A stretch of 64,000 bases of DNA from Minisyncoccota bacterium. GTDB lineage: Bacteria; Patescibacteriota; Minisyncoccia; Phycocordibacterales; GWA1-40-21. The translations under genes were made by a program, and so were the position numbers. The notes under the pieces are model-generated. The model was given only the letters and a program-made list of their open reading frames with translations, was not told the DNA's origin and searched no databases. Positions 20,209 through 30,611 of this stretch are shown piece by piece; the first letter of the stretch is position 1, and each line of letters begins with the position of its first letter. Location of the stretch: positions 7,678 through 71,677 of the forward strand of contig JBAZYH010000003.1 in the NCBI GenBank assembly GCA_041659365.1. The letters are read 5' to 3'.

Positions 20209-21006
20209 TTATAAGATCAATATTATAATCAAAATAGCGAGTATTAATCTATAGTAAATAAAGACTTTGAGGGAGTACTTTTTAAGAAAATTCATTAAAA
20301 ATTTTATTGCAAACAATCCGACTATGAATGCAGTTAAAGCACCTACTAGTAAGGTTATCCAGTCACTAGATAACTGACCTGATAACCATATTTCATAGAC
20401 TTTTTTTAATCCAGCACCAAGTATAATTGGTATAGAAAGTAAAAAACTAAACCTAGCCGCGTTTCCTCTGTCTAGTCCAGAAAATAGTCCTCCTGATATT
20501 GTTGCACCCGATCTAGAGAAACCTGGCACTAAAGCAAGGCATTGGAAGAGTCCAATGTAAAAACCTTTTTTAATTGTTAAATCTTCGTTTTGTGTTGAAA
20601 ATTTTTCTGCAAGATACATTACTAAACTTCCTACTATTAGAACAAAGGCAACTAATAATGAACTTCTAAAAATGGTCTCCATGTATTTTTCTAAAAATAT
20701 TCCAGCTATTATTGCTGGTACGGTTCCTATTATTATTGCAAGAATAATCGTCTTGTCTTCTTCATCAGTCTTTTTTTTAGTAATAAGATTTAAAAAAGAT
20801 CTGATTAATTTAAATATGTCTTTCCAAAAATAAACTATTATAGCAAGAGCTGTTGCTAGTTGTAATATTGCATCAAAAGATAGGTCTGAACTCGTGTGCC
20901 AACCTAAAATATCTCTAAATATAATAAGATGTCCAGAGGAAGATATAGGTAAAAACTCTGTTAAACCTTGAACAATTCCTAAAATTATTGAGTCAAAAAT
21001 ATTCAT
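20209..21006 (-). CDS. uppP: Undecaprenyl-diphosphatase
   Basis: GLTEFLPISSSGHL and GFSRSGATISGG are BacA/UppP signature blocks. 8-TM protein. Confidence 0.9.
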   Translation of the reverse strand: MNIFDSIILGIVQGLTEFLPISSSGHLIIFRDILGWHTSSDLSFDAILQLATALAIIVYFWKDIFKLIRSFLNLITKKKTDEEDKTIILAIIIGTVPAIIAGIFLEKYMETIFRSSLLVAFVLIVGSLVMYLAEKFSTQNEDLTIKKGFYIGLFQCLALVPGFSRSGATISGGLFSGLDRGNAARFSFLLSIPIILGAGLKKVYEIWLSGQLSSDWITLLVGALTAFIVGLFAIKFLMNFLKKYSLKVFIYYRLILAILIIILIL

Positions 21007-21259
21007 CCCGTTAGAGATAGGAAATGTTTGTAAATTTTATCACAAACTAAATATTCCCATCAAATTTTATTTTTATCGACTTGTTTTTCTATTAAACATT
21101 TCCGTTATTAATAAACAGTATTTTGTTAATAATCAATATAATTTAACATTTTAATCTATTTTTAGAAAACCAACCATATTATCTCTGACGGGATTCATTG
21201 CTTTTAATTAAACTGACATGATATAATATACCCTATTATTAATAATTAATAAACAAATT

Positions 21260-22039
21260 ATGCAAGAACAAAAGAATAATTTATATATTCCAGGTGCAAT
21301 AATCTTAGCTGGATTTTTGATTGCTGGTGGTATATACATGACAAATAATAAAGGTGGTGTAGCCAATGTAGACAATGGTGGCGATGGTGCTAAAAAAACA
21401 GAGATAACTATTAAACCTGTGGGTAAGGATGATAATGTTTTAGGTAGCGTAAGTGCACCTATAACAATAGTTGAATTTAGTGATACTGAGTGTCCTTTTT
21501 GTAAAAGATTTCATACAACCATGCATAGTATAGTAGATACTTATGGTAAGGATGGAAAGGTTGCTTGGGTATACAGACATTTCCCTCTTGATTCATTACA
21601 CCAGAAAACAAGAAAAGAGGCAGAAGCTGTAGAATGTGCCGGTGACCTTGGTGGAGGTGAGGCTTATTGGAAAGTTTTGGATTCAATTTATACAAATACA
21701 ACTTCAAATGATGGTCTTGATGTAAAAAGACTTCCAGAATTTGCAAAAACAGCAGGACTTGATGTAACAAAGTTTAATGAATGTTTATCAAGTGGAAAAA
21801 TGGCAGGTGTTGTAGAAGCTGAATATCAAGACGGTTTGAAATCTGGTGTTCATGGTACACCATACAGTGTAATGATGTTGAGCAAAGCACTTAAATCTAG
21901 TGCAGAGAAGGAAATAAATGATTTTGTACAAAGTAAGGGTTTACAACAAAACGTTACTGTTCTTGATAAAAAAATAGTTCTTAATGGAGCTTTACCGGTT
22001 GAAATAATCAAACCTATTATAGATATAGTATTGAAATAA
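21260..22039 (+). CDS. DsbA-like thiol:disulfide oxidoreductase (thioredoxin fold, CPFC active site), membrane-anchored
   Basis: N-terminal TM, then CPFCKRFH redox motif in a DsbA-like context. Confidence 0.75.
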   Translation: MQEQKNNLYIPGAIILAGFLIAGGIYMTNNKGGVANVDNGGDGAKKTEITIKPVGKDDNVLGSVSAPITIVEFSDTECPFCKRFHTTMHSIVDTYGKDGKVAWVYRHFPLDSLHQKTRKEAEAVECAGDLGGGEAYWKVLDSIYTNTTSNDGLDVKRLPEFAKTAGLDVTKFNECLSSGKMAGVVEAEYQDGLKSGVHGTPYSVMMLSKALKSSAEKEINDFVQSKGLQQNVTVLDKKIVLNGALPVEIIKPIIDIVLK

Positions 22040-22065
22040 ATTTAAAAAGGTAGTGTTTATTTAAA

Positions 22066-22093
22066 AAATAACCCCATATTGGGGTTATTTTTT
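22066..22093. terminator. Bidirectional terminator between the dsbA-like gene and the helicase gene
   Basis: AACCCCATATTGGGGTT hairpin flanked by A- and T-runs. Confidence 0.7.
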
Positions 22094-22139
22094 AAATAAT
22101 AAAAAGTTTCTAATGTCTTTTAAGTAATTTATTTATTTA

Positions 22140-25100
22140 TTATATTTTATCTTCAAGTATGTCCTCTTCGAATTGCTGAATCCCCTTTAAATCTTTAGAA
22201 TATTTGCTTATATCTGGAAAATCTAGATTTATAATTTTTTTGTATATTTTTCCTAGTAGTTTTAATAATCTTTCTAGTTTATTTTTATCTAAAATCAATT
22301 CTAAATCTATAATTTTATCATCAGCTTTTCTCGGTTCAACAAATTCGAGTACTCCCTTTTTAACTTCTTTTTTACCACCAAATTCTCGAGAATTTTCCAC
22401 AAGTATTTTATAGAAAATAAGTTGTCTTTCATATTCATAGATTTTTGTCTTTTCGTAGTCATCTTTACCAGACCATTCGCTTACAACTTTACCTGTTTTA
22501 TAGTCATGAACTTCAATTGTGTTTTGATCAATATTTACAATTCTATCTATTTTACCTGAGAGTTGAGCTTCTTCTACCACAACACCCTGATCTTTAAAAT
22601 TAAATTCAACTATGTCTTCTTTACTAAAACTTCCCTTCTTTTCATTTAAAAATAAATTTAAGGCTTCAACTCCTCTTTCTCTATATTCTTCAAAGTCTTT
22701 TTGAGACATTCTTTCTCTCTTCAAAAAAATAGTAAACCATTCTAGTGCCTCATCTTTCTTAGTTTTGTTGTTTTTCTTTAATTCTAGGACTATTTTTTCT
22801 AGAGTAGAGTGTATTGCAGAACCGTAAGAACCAGAGGGTGTCTTTGCTTGAGGAAACCTAAGTAGGTTTTGTTCTAAAAAGAATTGTGGGCCACCCTTTT
22901 TAACATTTAGGAAATTGTTTAAATGAGTTACTGGCATTTTGTAATCATCAAGAAGTGTTTTTAAAAGATCTTTTTCAGAACCCAAAAATGGTGGTGTGTG
23001 ATAATCAAGCCATGATGCAGTAAGAACCTCGTGTGTTTCTGGTATTGTTTCGTATGGATCAAAAGTTTCGCCCAAATAAATATTTTTTAACGCTTCATTT
23101 TTTAGTATTTCTTCTTCGTCGTTTTGCGTGACTAAAAATCTTAGTTTTTGAGAATCTTTTCCATCTTCTTTTGTTTGATAAGAAGTCATATAAAGAAATC
23201 TTTTTGCACGAGTTATTGCTACATAAAACAATCTTAATTGATCGTCTTCTGTGTCACCAGCCGGTTCTATTGGTAGGTTTGCAGGCAAACTTATCTTTGA
23301 AGGCATTTTTCTACCCGCCCATATGTCATCTTGGCAAGAAAGTACAAAAACAGTCTCAAATTCAAGACCTTTTGCTTTATGTGCCGTTAGTAAATTTACT
23401 GCCCCAGAAAGTTTTGAGAAAGGACTCTGATCATTTAGTGAAATATCATTTTTTTCGTGTAAATCAACAAATTCTACCAAGTCTTTTGAAGTTAATATTT
23501 CCCCATTTTTGTACTCTCTAAGGGCGTTAATAAAAACCCTAAGACTAGACAAGAAGGATAGGTATTCTGCTCTCGAGTGTTCAAATTTTTCTTTGCTAAA
23601 ATAATATTCTTTAAAGGGACTTACAAAATTATTAATATTTTTTCCGCATTTATCCGCGTCTAGTCCGCGATAGTCTGCGTCTTCCCCGTCTTCATTTTCT
23701 TGTGATACGGGTAAATGTGCACCAACCATTTCATCTAAAATTTGTTCAAGAGGTAAACTTTGTGATTCAACACCAAGCTTAATAAGAAACTTTGCAATAT
23801 TTACGATTTCTTTTTCAGACTCAAGCATCACTTCAAGCCATGTTTCTCCAAAACAGTTTGGGTTAGTTGGGTCACCACGTCTTGCTGCTAGAGAAATTTT
23901 CCATATTATTTCTCTGTCGATATTCCAGAAAGGAAAACTTAATATTTTTGGTAGATATTCGTCTGCTTCGTCTTTATTTTTATCAGATAGAGATACTAAA
24001 AATCTAGATATTATAATAAGTTGCGCGATATGTGGTTCTTTAAAGACATTTTGTTCTCTCTCATATCTTATAGGTACTTTTACAGACTGAAAATAAGGAA
24101 CTATTTTTTCTAGTTGGGAATGTTTTCTTGCTATGACAGCAATCTCTTCTGGTTTTTGACCATTATCGATAAGTTTTTTAATTTCTCTTGAAATATAATG
24201 ATATTCGTGGGCAATAGTTTGAAATTCTTTTCTTTTAATAATTCCTTTTGATATTTTTTCATTTGAAGCAATGAGTTTTTTCTCAATTTCTGGTAAAAGC
24301 TTTTCTAGACGTTCTTCTCCTTTTTTAATTATGTGTGAGGCTATATCTAGAATATCTTGGGTTGAGCGGTAGTTTTCTGTCATTGTTACTATTTGCACAT
24401 CTTTAAAAGTATTTTTGAAATTCAAAATATTAGAAAGTTCAGCTCCTTGGAATTTGTAAACGGCTTGATCATCATCACCTACTGCCATAATATTTGGTTT
24501 TCCTTCATTTACTTCTGCATCGGCAATAATCCTGAGTATTCTCATTTGGGCTTCATTTGTGTCTTGGAATTCATCTACGAGGATATACTGATACTGCTCT
24601 TGGATTTCATATTTTAATGCAGGGTTATTTTCTAAAACCCTTAGGCAGTCAAGTATCATGTCATCAAAATCATAGTAACTTCTCTCATGCATTGTCTTTC
24701 TGTATTGTGAATAAATATCATATACAGCGTAAAGTTTTTCTACGTTTATGTAGTCTTTAAAAATATTTTCACCATCATCATTTTTCTTAATCCATTTTGC
24801 TTTCCATGCTGTTATTGGGGTTGTTTTTTCTGCTTCTATTGCCTCTGTATAGGATTTATTTAATGATGTATATATAGAAAAAGCTAGATTATGAAAATAT
24901 GGAGATTTAAAAGTTTTTTCGGACTGCTCCGCTATTTTGGATAGTTTAATAAGAGACTTTTCTACTTTGGAAGTAATTTCTTTACTAACTCTTTCTTCAA
25001 AAGTTGACTGTATGATTTCATTTATTTCTGGAAGTAATTCTTCGTTGTGTTTAAGTATTTTATTGAGTTCATCCGGTTCAATACCAGCTTTTTTAAAATT

Positions 25101-25568
25101 ACCGATTATTCTAAGGGTGTCTCTTAAATATACAAAACCTTCTTCCGGGTGCAAAACTTTTAGAGGATTTTTGGCTGATAAATTTTCAAATATTTCTTGA
25201 AGTATTTGAATCTGAGTAAGTTCATCGGCCGGAGAGTAAAAAGCCCCATCATAAAAATATTCTGGATATTTTTGTATTATTTGAACGCAAAAATTATGAA
25301 AAGTATGAATAGCTACACGGTATGCTTCAGAACCTATAAGTCCTGCGAGACGATTTCTCATGTTTATAGTCGCTGATTCTGTAAAAGTAAGACACAGGAT
25401 GTTTGATGGCAAAATTTGTGTTTCCTTTAATATTTTTCCAACCCTTAAACTTAATATTTCTGTTTTTCCTGACCCCGGGCCAGCAACCACAAGAAGCGGG
25501 CCTTCTATAGTATCTACAGCCCTTTTTTGATTTTTATTGAGTTCTTTGTATCTTTGTTCGAAGTTCAT
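22140..25568 (-). CDS. UvrD/PcrA-family helicase fused to a C-terminal PD-(D/E)xK (RecB-like) nuclease (AddA-like, 1142 aa)
   Basis: N-terminal AGPGSGKT Walker A plus UvrD motifs (TFH, DEFQDT, VGDDDQAVYKFQGA, ENYRST). C-terminal GKIDRIVNIDQNTIEVHDYKTGK matches a RecB-family nuclease core. Confidence 0.8.
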   Translation of the reverse strand: MNFEQRYKELNKNQKRAVDTIEGPLLVVAGPGSGKTEILSLRVGKILKETQILPSNILCLTFTESATINMRNRLAGLIGSEAYRVAIHTFHNFCVQIIQKYPEYFYDGAFYSPADELTQIQILQEIFENLSAKNPLKVLHPEEGFVYLRDTLRIIGNFKKAGIEPDELNKILKHNEELLPEINEIIQSTFEERVSKEITSKVEKSLIKLSKIAEQSEKTFKSPYFHNLAFSIYTSLNKSYTEAIEAEKTTPITAWKAKWIKKNDDGENIFKDYINVEKLYAVYDIYSQYRKTMHERSYYDFDDMILDCLRVLENNPALKYEIQEQYQYILVDEFQDTNEAQMRILRIIADAEVNEGKPNIMAVGDDDQAVYKFQGAELSNILNFKNTFKDVQIVTMTENYRSTQDILDIASHIIKKGEERLEKLLPEIEKKLIASNEKISKGIIKRKEFQTIAHEYHYISREIKKLIDNGQKPEEIAVIARKHSQLEKIVPYFQSVKVPIRYEREQNVFKEPHIAQLIIISRFLVSLSDKNKDEADEYLPKILSFPFWNIDREIIWKISLAARRGDPTNPNCFGETWLEVMLESEKEIVNIAKFLIKLGVESQSLPLEQILDEMVGAHLPVSQENEDGEDADYRGLDADKCGKNINNFVSPFKEYYFSKEKFEHSRAEYLSFLSSLRVFINALREYKNGEILTSKDLVEFVDLHEKNDISLNDQSPFSKLSGAVNLLTAHKAKGLEFETVFVLSCQDDIWAGRKMPSKISLPANLPIEPAGDTEDDQLRLFYVAITRAKRFLYMTSYQTKEDGKDSQKLRFLVTQNDEEEILKNEALKNIYLGETFDPYETIPETHEVLTASWLDYHTPPFLGSEKDLLKTLLDDYKMPVTHLNNFLNVKKGGPQFFLEQNLLRFPQAKTPSGSYGSAIHSTLEKIVLELKKNNKTKKDEALEWFTIFLKRERMSQKDFEEYRERGVEALNLFLNEKKGSFSKEDIVEFNFKDQGVVVEEAQLSGKIDRIVNIDQNTIEVHDYKTGKVVSEWSGKDDYEKTKIYEYERQLIFYKILVENSREFGGKKEVKKGVLEFVEPRKADDKIIDLELILDKNKLERLLKLLGKIYKKIINLDFPDISKYSKDLKGIQQFEEDILEDKI

Positions 25569-25645
25569 AATTACTTAATATGATAACACTTATATAATTA
25601 ATTAAAAATAGAAAAACGTCACTCGCGTGACGTTTTTAAAAATAT

Positions 25646-25960
25646 TCAGGTATCGTAATCGAAGTCATAATGATTAGGTTCTTTACCCTCTTTTATAACC
25701 AACACAGGAACAAATCCATCAATAGTCAAAATAATTATATCTTTATTGCGTACGATCAATTCTTCAAATAAATCTTCAACTACAATTTTGAGTTCTTGTC
25801 CCGGACTAAGCCTGATGGCTTTTTTCTCTATGAAGTCGTATTTTCTTCTGAGAAAAAACATCCTTTCTTTTGTGTTGTTTGTTACGGTGATAACTTTTTT
25901 CTTTTTCTTTTTCCACCAGATGATCAAAAGACGAAACAAGTTTTCACAAGACCATTTCAT
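25646..25960 (-). CDS. Hypothetical protein (104 aa) with poly-Lys tract
   Basis: ORF only, with a KKKKKK run. May be spurious. Confidence 0.25.
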   Translation of the reverse strand: MKWSCENLFRLLIIWWKKKKKKVITVTNNTKERMFFLRRKYDFIEKKAIRLSPGQELKIVVEDLFEELIVRNKDIIILTIDGFVPVLVIKEGKEPNHYDFDYDT

Positions 25961-26032
25961 GATAACCCCCTTTGAACAGTTTGAACTCCTTCATTAATAT
26001 ACATCAAAGTAAAAATACTTCAAATAATATTT

Positions 26033-27067
26033 TTAAATAAAGCTTTCCGCATCTATATTTTCAGGATAGTATTTTAATTCTGTTTTTTGAGATTTGATTT
26101 TGTCTATTATTTTCCAAGAAAGAATTGTTTTATCTACTGTTGGAAAGTTTATTTTCTTTTCAGCTAAAAATTCAGAAATTAATACTTCATAAGAGTTTTT
26201 TTCATTATTTATAATTGTCTTTTCTCCATCAATCTCTATAAAAGAAATCTTTTTATTAAATTTTTTACCAGTAATAAATTCTATTTCTTTTGTCTTTGTT
26301 TTTAATAATATTTTTACAAAAGTTTCTGTTTTTGAGTCTTTGCCAAGTTCTTTTATATACCCGATGTCTTTACCGTTACCGTACTGGGATTTTTCAAATG
26401 AAATTATTTCAAAGTTTTCAAACTCTTCTTCTGGGTTATCAATGAGTTTAAAGACAATATTTAAGAAATGGTTTTGTACCATATCTTTAAGTGCTCCGAC
26501 ATCATCATAATAGCCAACTCTATTTTCTAAACCTACATTTTCTAAAGAAACTATTTTAATTTTTTTAAAATTAGTCTTTTTTAATTTAAGTATTTCATCT
26601 TTAAAAACATAATGATCTGATATAAAAACATCTTCTACTAGATTTACTTTTTCTATCACCTTTTTTAAATTTTCTGCTGATTCAAGATCACCGCCAAAAG
26701 GTTTTTCTATTAGTATTTTTACTTTAAAACCACTTTTTTTTAATTTACCAACATATTCCAATATTATTTCTATGTTTTGTGGTGGCATTGCAGAATAAAA
26801 GAAATTTGTGTTTTCTTTGTCTAGTTCCTCTATACACTTTTCACAAACGATTTCGTCTTTGAAATCTATTTTATTGTATTCTGGTTTTTTATTTAAATGA
26901 TTAAAGCACATACCACTTTCACAAATAAAAGCGTTGTATGATTCATCAATAAAATCTCTTCTACCCAAAGCAATAATTTCTAAATCTGGCATAAAAATAT
27001 TGGATAAGGCAGGAACAACCTTCCTTTTAACTAGATCTCCAGTAGATCCAAAAATAAAGAATTTCAT
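26033..27067 (-). CDS. Glucose-6-phosphate dehydrogenase-like protein, short form (344 aa)
   Basis: N-terminal IFGSTGDLVKRKVVPAL (G6PD NADP-binding fingerprint), EKPFGGDLESA, and DHYVFKDE (cf. RIDHYLGKE). The C-terminal half is about 150 aa shorter than canonical Zwf. Confidence 0.55.
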   Translation of the reverse strand: MKFFIFGSTGDLVKRKVVPALSNIFMPDLEIIALGRRDFIDESYNAFICESGMCFNHLNKKPEYNKIDFKDEIVCEKCIEELDKENTNFFYSAMPPQNIEIILEYVGKLKKSGFKVKILIEKPFGGDLESAENLKKVIEKVNLVEDVFISDHYVFKDEILKLKKTNFKKIKIVSLENVGLENRVGYYDDVGALKDMVQNHFLNIVFKLIDNPEEEFENFEIISFEKSQYGNGKDIGYIKELGKDSKTETFVKILLKTKTKEIEFITGKKFNKKISFIEIDGEKTIINNEKNSYEVLISEFLAEKKINFPTVDKTILSWKIIDKIKSQKTELKYYPENIDAESFI

Positions 27068-27135
27068 ATAAATATATTAACACAAAAGCACCGTATTAGG
27101 GTGCTTTTGTGTATTTAAGTCTATTTAATTATAAT

Positions 27136-27384
27136 TTATCCTTTATAATCAAAATTATTCAATGGAATAGTATTTTTTACAGGAGTTTTAATCGTTGTGG
27201 TTGAAGTCGGTCTTATAATACCATCTTCATCGTTTATGTCTTCTGTCGTTGTTGCGTTATTTTCTAGATTATTAGCTACTTCTGAATTATCTCCCCAATA
27301 CATAAAACCTAAAAATAAAGCTATTACAACTACAACACCTACTATCCAATAAATCATTGTTTTATTATTTAATCCATTATCCAT
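27136..27384 (-). CDS. Hypothetical small secreted/membrane protein (82 aa)
   Basis: N-terminal TM helix followed by a low-complexity Thr/Asn-rich tail. Confidence 0.3.
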   Translation of the reverse strand: MDNGLNNKTMIYWIVGVVVVIALFLGFMYWGDNSEVANNLENNATTTEDINDEDGIIRPTSTTTIKTPVKNTIPLNNFDYKG

Positions 27385-27476
27385 ATATTTTATATATTAA
27401 TTATTCTGGTAAAAAACTCAATTAAATTCCTATATATCTATTATACCATATTATAGTTTTAGAGTAAATGTTATTA

Positions 27477-28880
27477 TTAACAGTTAAATTTATCAATAAA
27501 ATCAGCTCTTTTTTCACATATATCTATTGGATACTCACCAGAAAAACAAGAGGTGCAAAATTTATCTTTAGATATGTTTGTTGCCTCTATCATTCCATCA
27601 AAAGAAAGAAAGTTTAGTGATGTGCATCCTAAATAATCTCTCATCTCTTCAATAGTTTTTCCATCTGCAAGTAAATGTCTCTGAATAGGAAGGTCTATAC
27701 CATAAAAGTCAGGGAATTTTACTGGTGGTGAACTAACTAAAAAATGAACCTCTTTTGCACCAGATTCAAAAAGCATTTTCACAAGTTGTTTTGATGTTGT
27801 TCCTCTAACAATTGAGTCATCTACAATGATAATTCTTTTATTTTCTATTTCTTCCTTGAGTGGAGCAAGTTTTAATTTTACCCCCTGTTCCCGTATGTGT
27901 TGCTCTGGTTCAATAAAAGTTCTGTGAATGTATCTACTTTTAATTAATCCCATTTCAAAAGGTATACCAGATGCATTAGAATAACCAATTGCAACTGGTA
28001 TAGCTGTTTCTGGTACAGGGATTATTACATCAGCATCTATTTTGTATTCTTTTGCAAGCCTTATACCAAATCTTTTCCTTACTTCATAAACTGATTCTCC
28101 TAGAAGATTACTGTCTGGTCGAGAAAAATAAACAAACTCAAAAATATCTAACTTTTGAGTACCTTTCATTATTTGCTTAATTCTTAAACCATTTTCATCT
28201 ACAATAACCATTTCTCCTGGTTCAACATCTCTTATGTAAGTAGCTCCTATTGGATGAAAGGCACAAGTCTCTGAAGCAAAGACATATCCACCATTTAATT
28301 TTGCAATAGAAAGTGGTCGTATTCCAAAACTATCTCTTATTGCAATAATTTTATCCTTATTCATTATTAAAATAGAGAATGAACCAATAAGTAAGGGAAA
28401 AATTTCTTCTACCGCCTTTTCGATTTCTTTTCCCTCTTTTATTAAGGTATAAAGTAACTCTGTAATTATTTTTGAGTCTGAAACATTTGTAAGAATAACT
28501 CCTTTGTTTTTTAATAACTCAACGAGTTTAATTACACTTGGTATATTTCCATTATGAACCAAAGTAATACTATTGTCAGATACTTCAATAGGTTGAGCAT
28601 GTTCTCTGCCTGTACCAGAAGAAGTTGAATATCTATTGTGACCTATTGCTATGTGTCCTTTTAAACTCTTGATTATATCTTCATTAAAAACTTGAGAAAC
28701 TAAACCATTATTTTTATGACAAAATATTTGATTACCATCAGTGGATGATATACCTGAGCTTTCTTGTCCTCTGTGTTGTAGTGCGTATAGTCCGAAAAAT
28801 GTTAGACGGCTTACATCAAGGTCTTTACCATAGATTCCAAAGACTCCACATTTTTCTCCTATTTTTTCCATAGAACTCAT
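27477..28880 (-). CDS. purF: Amidophosphoribosyltransferase
   Basis: Short propeptide, then Ntn-Cys CGVFGIYG, then a type-I PRTase domain (VDDSIVRGTT). Length 467 aa. Confidence 0.9.
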   Translation of the reverse strand: MSSMEKIGEKCGVFGIYGKDLDVSRLTFFGLYALQHRGQESSGISSTDGNQIFCHKNNGLVSQVFNEDIIKSLKGHIAIGHNRYSTSSGTGREHAQPIEVSDNSITLVHNGNIPSVIKLVELLKNKGVILTNVSDSKIITELLYTLIKEGKEIEKAVEEIFPLLIGSFSILIMNKDKIIAIRDSFGIRPLSIAKLNGGYVFASETCAFHPIGATYIRDVEPGEMVIVDENGLRIKQIMKGTQKLDIFEFVYFSRPDSNLLGESVYEVRKRFGIRLAKEYKIDADVIIPVPETAIPVAIGYSNASGIPFEMGLIKSRYIHRTFIEPEQHIREQGVKLKLAPLKEEIENKRIIIVDDSIVRGTTSKQLVKMLFESGAKEVHFLVSSPPVKFPDFYGIDLPIQRHLLADGKTIEEMRDYLGCTSLNFLSFDGMIEATNISKDKFCTSCFSGEYPIDICEKRADFIDKFNC

Positions 28881-28964
28881 TATAGCAAATTTATATGTAA
28901 GATGATAATTGTATGTTTTGTTTACACCTACTCAAAAGGATTCTCCTTGTGTATCTAGTTGGGT

Positions 28965-29070
28965 AATTGGTTTGCGTCCCCCCAATAGGACCCTACTAAA
29001 ACGGGCAAGTAGTTGGGTGACGTATTTTTGAAAAAATAAAACCGCGCCTGCAACATATGCTAAACGCGGT
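28965..29070 (-). repeat. Conserved hairpin module (GTCCCCCC-loop-GGGTGAC + TTTTTGAAAAAAT palindrome) plus the intrinsic terminator of the response-regulator gene
   Basis: Same architecture as the copies at 15991, 60669, 62309-62470, 62784-62858 and 63556-63630. The minus-strand terminator is CCGCGCCTGCAACATATGCTAAACGCGG followed by TTTTATTTTTT. Confidence 0.6.
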
Positions 29071-29078
29071 CTTTAAAA

Positions 29079-29486
29079 TTACTTTTGTTTGATTTGATCG
29101 ATGATAACTTTTACAGCATCGACTTTTGTACAGTCGGTACCTAAGAATACACCCTTGTTACCCAGTTCTTTTAGTAAGATTGATGTGTAATCAGGCAGAA
29201 TCGACATTGGGTAAACTAACCCATGAAAGCCTTCTGTCTCTGCAATTTCCTTTGCAAGAGGAAGTGTTTCTGGTTCTTTAGGAAAAGGAGTGCCTATTTT
29301 TATTGGAGTAAGGCTCCCATCAAGAAGAACATGAGTAATATTGTCTTTGTTTGCCCTAAAAAGAGACAGGGCATCTTCAATATTGTGAGCAATAATGAAG
29401 CTCGCTCCATTTGCTCGTAACATCGAGGATAACAACCGACTCATCATTGGATCGTCTTCAACGACAAACACCAATTTTTCCTTCAT
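29079..29486 (-). CDS. Single-domain response-regulator receiver (CheY-like)
   Basis: VFVVEDDP acidic pocket, phospho-acceptor Asp in VLLDGSL, and a conserved Lys near the C-terminus. Length 135 aa with no output domain. Confidence 0.6.
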   Translation of the reverse strand: MKEKLVFVVEDDPMMSRLLSSMLRANGASFIIAHNIEDALSLFRANKDNITHVLLDGSLTPIKIGTPFPKEPETLPLAKEIAETEGFHGLVYPMSILPDYTSILLKELGNKGVFLGTDCTKVDAVKVIIDQIKQK

Positions 29487-29576
29487 AATCTTAAACCTTT
29501 CAAAATAAAGAGACGAAAAGCCTCTTAATCCACTTTGAATACTATCATAATTTAGTCAGTATGTCAACACATATCA

Positions 29577-30530
29577 GTGCTATTAAAAATAATGTATAAT
29601 ATTTCATATATGAACATTAATTTTTTTCAAAAAATAAGAAATTGGTTTGGTGGTATTTCACTGGCTCATTGGTTTTACACTTCATTGTTTATTATACTGA
29701 TTGTTAGTTTTTCTCTCAGTGGTTGGTATATAGATAAACAGTTTAAAGAAATATCTAATAGTATAGACTCATCTTCTCTAAGAATACTGGCTTTAGAAAA
29801 TAGTTTATCTTCGACTACAAATAATCTTTCAAACCTTTCAATAACTCTTGATCAGGAAAAACAAAATCTTGAAAATAAGATTGGTGATTATCGAGACGAA
29901 GTGAATGATATTACTGGTACAGTAAGTGATCTTGAAAAATTGAGTCAGATTGATCCAGAGCTTTTGCAAAAATATTCTAAAGTTTTTTTCTTAAATGAAC
30001 ATTACTCCCCTGCTCGTCTTACAGAAATACCCTCTGAATATAAATATAGTAATTTAAAGGCATTACAAATAGGTACAGAGACATGGCCTCATCTTGAGAA
30101 AATGATTGATGATGCAAAAGATGATAAGGTAGAAATTTTTGTTTCGTCAGCTTTTCGTTCTTTTGATGAACAGACTGCTTTAAAAACAAATTATTCTGTA
30201 ACTTATGGTATAGGGACAGCAAACCAGTTTTCTGCAGATCAAGGATATTCAGAACACCAGCTTGGTACAACAGTTGACCTTACAACCACAGGCTTAAACG
30301 GAGGACTTGATGGATTTGATAAAACCGAGGCATACAAATGGCTTAATTTAAACGCTTACAAATACGGTTTTGTACTTTCATATCCAAACAACAATACTTA
30401 TTATGTATATGAACCTTGGCATTGGCGTTTTGTTGGTATAAAGCTTGCCAAGTATCTCCATAGTCAAAATAAAAATTTTTATGATTTAGATCAAAGGAAG
30501 ATTGATGAATATTTAATTAATTTATTCTAG
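29577..30530 (+). CDS. D-alanyl-D-alanine carboxypeptidase (peptidase M15B, VanY-like), membrane-anchored with coiled-coil
   Basis: SAFRSFDEQ...SEHQLGTTVDL...EPWHWRFVG are M15/VanY zinc-binding blocks. Confidence 0.8.
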   Translation: MLLKIMYNISYMNINFFQKIRNWFGGISLAHWFYTSLFIILIVSFSLSGWYIDKQFKEISNSIDSSSLRILALENSLSSTTNNLSNLSITLDQEKQNLENKIGDYRDEVNDITGTVSDLEKLSQIDPELLQKYSKVFFLNEHYSPARLTEIPSEYKYSNLKALQIGTETWPHLEKMIDDAKDDKVEIFVSSAFRSFDEQTALKTNYSVTYGIGTANQFSADQGYSEHQLGTTVDLTTTGLNGGLDGFDKTEAYKWLNLNAYKYGFVLSYPNNNTYYVYEPWHWRFVGIKLAKYLHSQNKNFYDLDQRKIDEYLINLF

Positions 30531-30549
30531 TAAAAATTTAGAAAAAAAT

Positions 30550-30588
30550 AAAACCCCATACTACCCGAAAAAGTAGTATGGGGTTTTG
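30550..30588. terminator. Bidirectional intrinsic terminator
   Basis: CCCCATACTACCCGAAAAAGTAGTATGGGG hairpin flanked by A/T runs. Confidence 0.75.
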
Positions 30589-30611
30589 AAAGATTTCTAA
30601 CAAAACAGCGC

